In this document: positions 53,301-64,000 of the stretch, piece by piece
How positions within the stretch are numbered: position 1 is the stretch's first letter
Layout of the letters: each line of letters starts with the position of its first letter
DNA from: Cyanophora paradoxa CCMP329
Lineage: Eukaryota > Plantae > Glaucophyta
Direction: 5' to 3'
Assembly (NCBI GenBank): GCA_004431415.1
Contig: QPMI01000551.1
Span: 62,001-126,000, forward strand
Length of the DNA stretch: 64,000 nucleotides
Notes under the pieces: model-generated
Seen by the model: the letters and a program-made list of their open reading frames with translations, nothing else
The model's database searches: none
Told to the model about the DNA's origin: nothing
Made by a program: the position numbers and the translations under genes

Positions 53301-55011
53301 CACAAGACGCGGGTCAAATGACGAAACATTGCGATCACGATCGATCTGAACCTGCCCATGCCGCAGTGCATCACGTTTGTGAAATCTGCACAGCGCAGGG
53401 ATCGAGAGCGCACAGGGGCACGCACTGGCGCGCATACGCCAGCGCTAGCCATGTGGCCAGGACGGTGATCTTCATCGACGACGCCCTCGAGCTCGGACGA
53501 GCCGGACCTGCGCGAGCGATCCCAGTGTTAACGTTGACTTAGGCGGTGGGTCACGAGGATCCGGAATATTAATGGTTTGAATATTAATAGCAAAGCTGCG
53601 AACGGTTCCGAGCACTTGATCACCTGCGCATGCCGTGCTACAGTCAGCATGCCCACGTGCACGCTGCAAGGCTTACGCAGCGGCGCACGAAGGTGGGGGC
53701 TGCGTCAAAGGGAGCGAAGTACGGTGTCAGGACTTGAGCCACAGTGTCGTCCTCTGTCATGAAAGCAATAAGGTGCTGCCGCTCGGCAAGTCAGCTGGGC
53801 CGCACGCGTACGAGACCAGATCAAGATATGCATGCAGTGACACACCTCGTCCCATGAATACCGGCCAGCAATCGGCCCGTCCGACTTGACGAGCTGCAGC
53901 TGGCCAAAGGTGACGCAGAGCGCCGTCTCGGCGACGCCCGACCAGGCTCGGACGTCGGGATCGTCCGGCCCCTGCTCGCCCTCGAGGCGGGCCGCCTCCA
54001 GGAGGAGGCGGGCGAGGACGAGGCACGCCACCGCCCCGCCGAGCGAGTGCCCGCAGAGCACGAGCCGCTTGCCCTTCGAGTGCGCCGCGTCAATGATCGG
54101 CCGAAGCCGAACTCTGTCTGCCCAAACGCACAAGTCCTGTACGTACACGAAGAGAGCGGATCAGAGAGGCACGCTACAATTTGCACATGTACAAGCCGCA
54201 CGCGGCCCGGCGGACCTCGTTGACTTGGCCTATGCCGGGGAAGTCGCGCGATGCACTGGAAAGGCTGTACATGTCGAGCTCGAGGCGTCCGTGGCACTGA
54301 TCATGATGCATCACACGCAACGCGACGAACAAGCGCTCCTTGTCCTCCGCCCTGCGCCGAGTATACGTAGTTTAAGCACAGTGTGCACTCGCAACGCTAG
54401 CGTGAGACATGTACACATGTACACACCAGAGAGCCGCCTGAAACCAGCTGCGATGGGGTTCGTAGCAACTTATGTGCCGGATGCGGAGGCCTTCGAGCTC
54501 GTCCGCGTCGGTCTCCGCCTGCAAGGCGACCAGGTGCATGCACATGCGCAGGTTAGACATGCATATGTGCCGCCAGCAGCAGATCTAGATTAATATTGGC
54601 ACACGGACCGCTTGCTTGAGCAGGGCTTGAATAGCCTCGCGATCGGCAGAGCTCGAGGCCTCGTAGCTTGCGGCGGCGAGGTGCGCCGAGCGGATGTACA
54701 TCTTGGGGTCGCTTTTAATTCGAAGAAGCTGGAGATGCAGTGACGATGCGCAAGGTAGAAGCTGGTCGCGATCGGTGACAGATCGCGACGGAACGTTAAC
54801 GATGCGGCTGCCCTGATGAAGCCGATCGTGATCATGAGGCGGCTGCGGTGCTGGTGGACGTCGCGACACTGCAGCCTGATCAGGAGCATCCGATGCCTGC
54901 CGCGCAAATCATGTGTGGAGGCCTGCATGGCGCGCAGGACCCTGACTCAGTGACCTTCTCAACCGCGGCCGCGGCCGGCAGCAACCCGCCGACACCTGCG
55001 CCATCGTCCAT
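47331..55011 (-). CDS. Multi-exon locus: degenerate class-3 lipase + FBXO11-like parallel beta-helix (PbH1) array + intact class-3 lipase + unknown C-terminal region (single transcript inferred)
   Basis: Lipase B (~49100-50430): LYVAFRGTDS, GKVHV|GFW, LVLCGHSLGGAVA, CVTFGQP, EDDPVPKLP, EHKMSSY. Lipase A (~53300-54730) has the same exon pattern and GHSLGG. The beta-helix cap is WVRPGESIAAAVARATPGQTIRLFPGR|YKEAILL, followed by 11 x 46-aa GIxVxESGRGTVEDNDIYGNALxGIxIxTGADPVVRxNKVHDGK repeats that run in frame into lipase B. Confidence 0.78.
50475..52010 (-). repeat. Coding tandem array, 138-bp unit x 11 (beta-helix repeats)
   Basis: Read directly from ORF 50304-52010. One unit carries a 4-aa insertion (KCDDCDVG). 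Confidence 0.95.
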
Positions 55012-56200
55012 GTCCACGGCCGACGCCTGCAGACGACAGTCAAGTTGTGCCGAGCCGGCGCGGGCGCGGCGATGCCGGCGCTGGCGCCGTGCCGGCCCAC
55101 GAGCCGCGGCCCACGGCCCCATGAGCATGGCCAGGCGCAGGCCTAGATGTGGCGGCGTGCAACCCGCACCATGATCTGGCAAGTCTCCTCGAGCTCTCGG
55201 CCGCGGATCACTGCATCGGAGGGCGCAGCCTTGACGTCGCATGCCTGCGGTAATTATATAGGCTCGATCTTAGTTCGCCAGCTGCAGACGATTGGGGGCG
55301 CACGCGCGGCGCCGACCTCATGACCATCATCATCAGATACGCCAGATGACGAGGCCGAGAACGCCAGGCCAGTGCCAGTGCAGTCAAGCTCGCTCCCGGT
55401 CGACGTCGGTCGCGACAGCCTGAGTGCGTCCGATGCCTGCCGGGCCGCAGCGCATATCCGGCGGGCTCAGATCCTGCATTCGCAGTCGGCAATGCGGGCG
55501 CCGACCTCATCCGCTGACGATCCGAGCCCGACGTCGACGTTGACGGACTCCTTAAAATTAAAAGCGGCACGTCAACATCAACGCGTACGGGCGACGCGGG
55601 GCACGGAGTGCTGATAAATCTCGCATGCGCACCTTCGTCTGCAGCTGAACCTGGTCGTTTGATGCACATTCCGGCCTTGAGCTCGCCACCTGCGCATGCG
55701 CATATATGCATACGGGCTCTGTTAGCATTTAATTTGACAATTGCAGCTGCACGCCGCGGGTGCGCCGCGCGGCCGCCCTATACGCGGCAGCTGTGTGCTG
55801 CAGCTGCGCGGCCGCCCTATACGCAGCAGCTGCGTGCGGCAGCTGCGTGCTCACCGCGCGGGTCATGGTTGCCTTTACCCAGGCCTCCGGAGGAGCCGGC
55901 GCCAAAGGAGCCCAGAGGAGGTCGATGTCCGTGTCGGACGCGTACGGAGAGCTGGCGCTGCGGCTGGCCATGGTGCCGGTCGTGGCGCTAATCATGAAGC
56001 TCGATCCCGCGGCGCCGGCCGCGGCCGGGCGCGGAGTTGACGTCGACGTCGGAACGCAGCTGACTGGTCGTCGGCCGGTACGACCTAGACCGCTGAGCCT
56101 ACAACCGCTGAGCCTACAATCGTCGGCCGCGCGCGGCCGCGGCGGCCGCGGTCGTCGTCGGCGCGCGGGCGCGCGGTCGTACGCGTCGCCAGCTGCAGAT

Positions 56201-56265
56201 CTGCTGCCGCAGTGCTGCTGCTGCTGCTGCTGCCGCAGTGCTGCTGCTGCTGCTGCTGCTGCTGC
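56201..56265. repeat. Interrupted (CTG)n microsatellite
   Basis: Two CTG runs separated by CCGCAGT. Confidence 0.9.
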
Positions 56266-56380
56266 CGACTCTGTAGACAGGCAGTGACAGTGTGACACGT
56301 ACTGCGGTCAAATGAAGCCTCCGGCCTGCTGCAGCTGCGGCCGCAGCGCGCGCCGGGTACCGCGCGCGGCCGGTCACCTG

Positions 56381-56915
56381 CCCGAGCTCTGCCCCTTTCC
56401 TCGTGTCGTCCCCAGTTCCTCAGATTAGTCTTCAGCCGTCCATTGTTTTACCAACTCTACAATCTCGATTCCGTTTAGACACTCCGCCAGCTTCGACTTT
56501 CCCCTCTAGTGGTGTCCTACGTTTCGCCTCTCCTACTGTTCTACCGCCTTTGCCTCCTGCGACTACGTCTTCTAGTTCTGCTGTTAGCTCTGTCTTGTCG
56601 TCTTCGTCTAGATCTTCGTCTTCGACTGTAGTTCCTCGTGCTCGTTCTCCTTATTTGCTGCGTCCCCGTGCTCCTCGTCGTTCTAGTGTGACTAGTACTT
56701 CTGCATCGACGCCCTTGAGCTCTTCTACTCCTTCTCCTCGTGCTCGTTCTCCTTATCTTTTGCGTTCTTCTGATCGTGTCCTTTCTCGTGATCCCTCTTG
56801 ATTCTGTATATATTTTGTGCTAGTTTACTGTATCTTTGATTTGTGATTGCTTTGTTGTCTTTAATATCACTACCTACGGGGGGTTCGCCCCACCGTAGTC
56901 TCTCAAAAAAAAAAA
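56381..56915 (+). mobile_element. Short 5'-truncated copy of the LINE at 12505-14285
   Basis: Matches ~13752-14285 with one substitution seen by eye. Has the same 3' hairpin and poly(A). Candidate TSD ACCTG at 56376-56380 and 56915-56919. Confidence 0.9.
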
Positions 56916-57255
56916 CCTGACCGAAATTGCAATATTATATATATATAATTAATAATTTGACGATGAGGGGGGTACGGCCCCGGGTCGCGGCCCTCGCGGG
57001 GCCGCGGGCCTGTACATGTGACTCAGGCCGCGAGTCTCCGCCCGCATCCAGCCTGGCAGCGCTCTTGCTCTCTTGCTGCTCCTGAGTCCTGACAGCTCGT
57101 CGCGCTGCTCTCGGTGGCAGCGGAACGACCGAATTGCGCGGCTACGGGCAGCGCGGTGGCAGCGTGGCAGCTCTCGACTAGTACGACGACTACGGGCAGC
57201 GCGGCGTCAAAGGTGGGACTTTGGGCGTCGGGCGCGAGCAGGAGTCTCCTTCGCG

Positions 57256-60060
57256 ATGGCCGCGCTGGCATATGCATACATGGGCGTCTTCGAGGTGCGA
57301 GGTGCTGCAGCTGCGCCCTCGCTTCTTAAGCTTCGAGGTGCGAGGTCGACGTCGCTGCAGCTGCGCCCTCGCGGGGCGGCGTCTGACGCCCCCGTTCGCC
57401 AGTTCGGAGTCGCGGAGCAAGCGTTCGCGCGGGCGCACACGAACGGCGACTCAGCGATCTGCGCCGCGCCGCAGGCCCCCAGCGCGCCTGCCCGCCCGCC
57501 CGCCCGCGCGAGCGCGCCGCGGCGTCCCGAGCTCGAGCGGGCCTAGCCTTCCGCCGCAGCCGTCCCGTCGACTTGGCAGTCCTGCGGCGAGGGCGCCGAG
57601 GAGCGCCTGCGGGCCCGCCCCGCGTACGACAAGCGGGTCGGGGCGCGGCCGACCGCGGGCCGCCTCGACGCCGGCCTGGTGGCCGCCGCGCTGCGGCTCT
57701 TTCCTCAGGGCCTCCCGGCCATATTCAGGAGCCCGATCCCCGCGGCCGCGGGTCCGACCCCCCCCTCCGCCGTCGAGTCTTCGACTTTGATCCGAATTTG
57801 ATCCAGGCACGGAAGGAGCGCGCGGCGCTGGAGGAGCCGGCGGGTGCTGCGGGGGGCGCCCGGGGGGAGCTCGTCGCCCGGCTCGGCGTCGCCCTCCTCG
57901 CGATCCGCGCTGCCCGCTCCGAGTGCGCCCTCAGACGGACCCGAGCCTGCGCGGGAAGCTCGGCCTCACTTCGAGTCCAATCCGTGTTCTGATCTTTCTG
58001 ATCTGATCTCCCACCCCAGGTACGCGGGGTACACGCACACGGAGGGCGCCCCCGCAGCCTCCAACGGCTCCAGCGCCGCGTGCGCCTGTACCCCTCTCCT
58101 AGCCTAGATTCGATCGGGCTCGATTCGATCCGGGCCGCGGCCTGCAGGGCGCTGCACCCGAGCCTGCACGGCTACGCGGGCCGCGCCCGCCCCCTCGGCC
58201 CCGGGGAGCTCCCCCGCCCCGCCCGCCGCCTCGCGCGGTGCCGCCCCCTCTCCACTCTCGCCTTCTCTAGCCGCCTCCCTCCATAAGAAGGCGAGCGGGC
58301 CTCGAGGGCGCCGCCCCTTCCCTCGAGCTCGCCCCCATTAGCGCCTTCTTGGCAGGCGCCGCCCCTTTCTCTGAGATCTCGAGGAGACCGCCCCTTTCTG
58401 AGATCTTCTTGGATCTTCTTCTTCTCAAGCTCTGGTCTCCGGTCTCAGCCTCTCAGCCTCTGGTCTCCTCCCCCCGCGCCCTCTTACCTCCTCCCCCGGG
58501 AGCAGAGCCACGCCTCGCCGCCGCTCTGCGAAGCCCCCTTGAAGCAAGCCCCCTAGCCTCTGACCTCTCCTCGCGCAGGACCGGACCTGGGATCGATCGC
58601 TGGCGGCGGCGGAGGACGGGGCGCTCGGCCGCCACGCCGCGCTCGTCGGCGCCAACGCCAGGCACTCCTCCCGTGCGAACAAAGGGAGGGAGGAAAGATA
58701 GCATGCTCGAGGGGGTACAGGGGGCGGAAGTCGTCCCCAGTCCGCGCCCCCCCTCCCCTCCCTCCCCCCCCCTCCCACCCCCCAACTCCCGCCCGCCCCC
58801 TCTGCAATACGCGGAGATGGCGCGCCCCGCCCGCCCGGGCCGCTGGGCGCCGCGCCGCCGTCGACCGCGCCGCGGTCCGCGCGGCCCCCGCCCGCCCTCG
58901 CTTGCTCGGCTCCACCTGTTCGGCTCCATCTGTTTGGCTCCTCTATCCTCCCCCGCCCTCCCTTCCTCCCCCCCCTCCCCCCCCCACCCCCCCCCGGGCC
59001 CCATCTACAGGACCTCCCTTCTTCTTTTCGTCGCGTTCCGCCTCGCCCTCCTCTCCGCCCGCTGGGCGCGCTCCGCCGCTCGGAGGGTCGGCCTCGCTTC
59101 CGCCTCCTCTACCCCCCTCCGCGCCCCCCTCCCCTCCCCCATCCGCCTCCCGCCATCCCCCCTCGCCCCCTCGATCTGGCGCTAGAGCTGACCCCGGGCC
59201 CCCCTCTACAGGACCCTGGGGGTAGGACCTCTTCGTCACGCTCCGCCTCGTCCCCGTCCGCGAGGTGCCGTACCCTCCAAGGGGGGGAAGGAGAAGGGGG
59301 AAGAGAGCCAGCGTCGCCGCATAGCTAGCGCCCCCCACCCCACCCCCCACGTGCACCCCCACCCCCCCCGCGCGCCCGCTGAGCTCCCCTAACTCCGCGC
59401 TCGGCGTGCGGCGGAAGGACCCCCCGCCCCCGCCCCCGCCTGGCCCCGCCCCTCCTCGCCGACCCCGCATCCCTCCCCTGCGCACGTCTTCCCCGCCTTG
59501 GCTGGCTGGCTGATCTGAGTGCAAGCAAGTCTTGCCCGACAGGGCAGAGTCTTAACTCTACCGCCACACCTAAGCCACCTTAGGCCATTTCTCCGGCTGG
59601 CTGACTGATCTGCGGGCGGGCAGAGGGGGTCGGGGCCGGCTGCAGGGTGCGCCTGGTCCGCCCTCCGCCCCCCCCTCCCCCAAGATTCGATCACGCCGTC
59701 ACTCAAGCTTGTCTTCTCGGTTCCGGGCGTGATCTTCGCGGCGGCCCTCACGATCGCGGAGGCCTGCGTCTTTCTTGAGCCTCGAGCTCTGCCGCTTTCC
59801 TGCGCTCTGCCGGTGAGGCTGAGCTGGCTTTGGCCCAGTAGCCTCCGGCCCCCGGCCGCGCGCCGGCCGCTGGACTCGGCTGAGGCGGCGGCGGAGCGGC
59901 TCGCGGCCATCGACAAGGCAGTGCGGGGCGCCCCACGCGCCTCTCGCACGCGCCGTCGAGGCGGCCAGGCTCCAGGTCCGCATTCCATCCGAGATTTAGA
60001 TGCGAGCCAGATCAAATCTGAATTCGATCCGGGCTGGTCTGCAGAGCGAGGGGACGAACT
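57256..60060 (+). CDS. Possible hypothetical multi-exon gene (poorly resolved)
   Basis: MAALAYAYMGVFE|gt..ctgac..cag|FGVAEQAFARAH, then further small exon-like blocks separated by C-rich intron-like DNA. No recognisable domain. Confidence 0.3.
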
Positions 60061-62016
60061 CGCCCGCCGCAGGTCGCGCGCGCCGCGTACCCCCCTTGAC
60101 TTTCCCCCCTCCCCCCCCTCCCCCCCCCCCTTAGGAACGAGGCCCCCGCCGGGGCCCAGGCCAGCTGAGCCTCGGAGCCGCGCCGAGATGGGGGGGGGGG
60201 GGGGGGGGGGGGGGCTGGGGGTACGACGCCCTCGCCCGGGCCCCCGCTGGGCCCTTTCAGGCCCTCCCTGCGCCAGGGCGCCCACCGGCAATCGCGAGGC
60301 CCAGCCGCCACGGCCGCGAAGGCTCGGCCCGCGTGTGCCGCTAATCGTCCTCCGCGCGGGCCCTGGCCGCGAGGGCTGCCAGCGGGCCCTCCCAGCGCCC
60401 GCAGCGGCATCCCAGCACCCTCTTCCCCCCTCCCCCCCCCCCCGGCCTCGTTCCAGGCCCTCGTCCCCTCTTCTTCTCCGGTCGCGGGCCTCGCGGCCCG
60501 CGCCGGCCCGCGGCGGCGGCGGGCGGCGGCGCGGCGCGGCGTACGCGCCGGTTCCGCAGTGCTGCAGCTAGCGCTGCCGGTGCCGCCGCCCGCCCCGGCC
60601 CGCTGCGCCGCGGCTCGCCCCCGAGCCAGGGTCGAGGCCTCGTTTTTTCACTAGCTGCTGAGTTGCTTTGCAGGCGGGGCCCGCCCGGAGCGGGGCCTCT
60701 GACCTCCGACCGACCTCTGATCTCTGGGTCGCCCGCTCCCCTTCCCCCCCCCCCCCCCCCTCCCCCCCCCCCTCACCCCCTCCCTCCGGGGGAAGAGCCA
60801 CGGGAGCAGAGCGGCGCCTCGCTGCGGACGGCGGGCCGCATCAACGCCGCCGCTGAGCAGGTCGGGCGGGCAGGACCCGACGCCCGCACCCTGAAGCACC
60901 CTGAAGCTCCCACCCGCCCGCGCGCCCGCCGGCCCGGCCGCTGACCGCTCAAACCGGGCACCGGGCCTCGGGTCCCGAGAATACATGTACAGTTCCTACC
61001 GGGTCCTGGGTCCCGGGTCCCAGAGGGGGTGCGAGGCGGCTGGGCGCGCTCTGCCGCCCAGCGGGTCGGCTTCGCTTCCGCAACCTCTACCCCCCCCCTC
61101 TATTGCCCCCTCCGCCCCCCGCCATCCCGCCCCCGCCCCCGCCCCCTCGATCTCCGCCCTGGCGGTAGAGCTGACCCCGGGCCCCCTTCGAATTCTACGA
61201 GCTCGAGATATCGATCCTGGGGGTATGGGTCGGTCTGTATACGTAGTGAACCTCACAGTTAAATCGCCGGCCGCATCACATTGTAAACCTCATCACTACA
61301 TGTACAGACCGACCGGCATGGCCCTCTTTGCCACGTTCCGATCCGCCCCGCCCTCCTCTTCGCCCGCGAGGTACCTTAGCTTACCCTCCAAGGACAGGGG
61401 GGAATTCGAAGCGCGGCTAGCGTCGCCGCATGCGCACAGCTAGCGTCGGGAGCGGGAGGGCTCGGGCCCCCCTCCTCGCCCCTCTGGGCCATGGGCCCCC
61501 CTAACTCCAAAGCCCCCCCCCCCTTCCTCCAGGCGGCGGAGGGCCGGGAGACCTCCCCCTCCTCCTCTCTGCGTTCGGCGTGCAGCAGGAGGACACCGTG
61601 GCACCCCCGCCCCCGGCCCGCCTGGGCCCCGCCCCTCGATCCTCGCCGTCCCCGCATCCCTCCTCGAGCTGCAGGCGCCTCGCTGCTGGTCTAGATCTAG
61701 ATCTAGATCTAGCGGCTGCAGTAGCGGCAGCTGCAGCAGGTGCCTCCTCGGGTCACGATTGCATGCTCGCGATCGGCGCGCACGCCGTGACGTCCTCTAG
61801 GTCTGCGCCCTTTAGTTATCTCTGAGCCTTGAGCCGCTGAGCGGCCCAGGTCTTTACGGCCCAAGCCGCTGAGCCTTGAAGGCGGCTCCAAGTTATGGGT
61901 CGACGTCGTCGCGTCCCGACGGTCCGACGGTCCTGTCAGGACTCTGTGGAGTCTAGATTTACCCCGGACCCCGCTAGATATTAGGCGGCATTTAGGCCCC
62001 CTATAGGCTATAGCCG

Positions 62017-64000
62017 AGCACGGCGGCGGAGGAACTCCGCAGACAGCGGCAGGCGGAGAGTCCAGGGTCGATGGAGAGATCCGACGACGGGAACGCAGCG
62101 GAGGCCTACGAGACGGAAGAGGCGAGGAGGGAGCCGAGGAGGTGTCGGAGGCAGGGGAAGGGCCGCGAGCAAGTGACGGGGATCGCTGGCGGCGCCGAAG
62201 AAAGGGCAGCGAAGCAGGAAGAAGGTCGGGTGGCGCCGGATCAGACGACACGGGGGTCATGGGTGGCGCAGAGAGAGACGAGCTCGAGGGCGCAAGGGCC
62301 CGACGAGGGCGCCGGCGGCGAATCTCACGAGCGCCAGGAAGCGGGACAGGACCCGCAGATGGGACCCGAGGCGCCGAAGGGGGAGCAGGGAGCCGGAATG
62401 ACGGGGAGACCGAAAAAAGGACAGTCTCGCCAACACTCGGAAGCGGGGCAGAGGCCGAGGAGCTCGAGGGGGGGTGGGAGGGCGGAGGAGGAGAGAGAAG
62501 GCGGCTATTCGAAGGGTATGGAGAATCGAGAACGGAGGCGAGGGAGGCCGAAGTGATGGCGAGCTCTGGAGGCGAGGGGGCCTGCAAGCGGACCCGGGAA
62601 AGTGGATGCAGACGCAGAGAGACCGGGGACGTAGTGGCGGGAGGGGCATGCAAAAAGATAGTGCCGCCCGCCGTCACAGTTGCACAAGCGGGGGCAAGAA
62701 GGATGGGCTGAAGAGGGGGCTGAACCAGGAGGACGTCAGAAAGAGGGCCACGCGGGGGCGGAAGTGGAGGAGCAAGGGGAAGAGGTAAGAAGGGGTACGG
62801 AGCTGCAAGATGACCAGGGACCTGCCGGGGAACAGGCAAGCGAAGAGGCCCCGTGACAGCAAGCTGTAAGGAGGGAGGAGGTAGAGGCGGGGCCAGTGGG
62901 CCAAGGAGCACAGGGATCGGGACGGCAGGGAATGGGGGAAAAGGAGCGTCGAGAGGGGAAGCGAGAGCAGGAATGGAGACGGGCCCAAGGGTCACTACAG
63001 GAGCCAGAGCAGGAGGGGACGGCGCAAGAAGTGGGCGACCACCAGGGACCCCCAACGGGACAGTCCCACGGACGGCGAACTCCGAAGGATTCCGGAGGAC
63101 AGAATCAACGTCACGCGAGGACACGAGGTCGTCAGCACCGCCCGAAGAAGGAGCGCCGGACGAGTCAGAATCAGAGCTGAAATTAGACCGATGAGAGCCG
63201 GCACCAGACTCTGAGTCACGTTCGTCAGCATCCAAGGCGCCGGCATCCTGATCAGCAGCGTCAGCAGCAGCCAAACGAGCGCGCCGCTCCTCCAATAAGG
63301 CAGAAGCCTGAGGAAGGGTGAATTCTAGGTAGGACATATTTCTGTCCCAGGCGGCAACAAGGGCGGCGCGGTTGTAGGAAGGTGCATCAACGTCAGCTTC
63401 CTCGAGATCGCACCGAGCGCGAGCAACCTGCTGGATGGAAAATACGCCAGCAAGGATTGCTCCAAGTGATCGAAGGCAGAAGGCGGGGTTAACTGGACTG
63501 CGCAAAATAGGCCCAGATAAATCTGGAACCGAGAGGATGTGGAAGAGAGAGAGATCAGGCACTGCGACCGTCGGACCTCCTCACGCTCATCAGGTGGAAG
63601 GGCAGACGTCCACAGCTGCAGGCGCTCACGAATGAAAGCCCAGAACGAACGAGAAAGGGGGCACTCAGAAAAAACATGCGCGTGAGAGCGAGCGGAACCG
63701 TCATTACAAACGCGACAGAAACGACGGCGGGGCGACTGTTGCTCGCCCAAACGATACAATTTGAAATGCAAGCGATAAAGAGCATCGATCCAAATCATCG
63801 GGATATAGATCTGGACTGGACTGTCTGGCCATGGACTGAGAATGATGGACACCGGTCACACATGCACCGCCGCACCGCGGCTAAGAGGCATGAAAATTCA
63901 CGTACCTGCCAGGCTGGTGATTTTGTTTTTCTCAAATCCATGATCAGGTACCAAGTTAGTTTTTTTCGGCGGTCCGGCCGGTAATTCACCAAAAACAATT
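62017..64000 (-). mobile_element. L1/Tx1-like LINE, C-terminal ORF2 region (zf-RVT) plus long Pro/Ser-rich extension; frameshifted, continues beyond window, 3' end lost
   Basis: Intronless. CRVCNDGSARSHAHVFSECPLSRSFW (~63640-63720) is the CCHC zf-RVT motif found after RT in L1-clade ORF2. Three overlapping frames imply frameshifts. No poly(A) at the left junction. Confidence 0.8.

Overview
This is GC-rich, very intron-dense eukaryotic genomic DNA, probably from a flagellated protist or alga. Introns have GT/GC donors, CTGAC/CTCAC branch points and (G)CAG acceptors; the species cannot be determined from the sequence alone. Recognisable genes: a RAD5-type SNF2/RING helicase (5'-partial), an intron-containing PIF/Harbinger DDE nuclease, a large orphan gene head-to-head with a CEP164-like WW + IQ + TPR gene, a cation/H+ antiporter, a truncated subtilase, and an unusual minus-strand locus (47.3-55.0 kb). 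That locus encodes a degenerate class-3 lipase, an 11 x 46-aa FBXO11-like beta-helix array with conserved scaffold and variable positions, and an intact class-3 lipase. It is the best candidate for an undescribed system, possibly a diversifying sensor-effector or immune receptor. Mobile DNA: three pieces of an L1/Tx1-like LINE family with a long Pro/Ser-rich ORF tail ending in YxLR(P/S) motifs, and two near-identical 1.1-kb proto-Helentron-like elements bracketing the antiporter. A recurrent structural oddity is TA/stop-codon-rich filler DNA, flanked by direct duplications of splice junctions, in many introns. All gene models were spliced by eye, so exon boundaries and termini are approximate.
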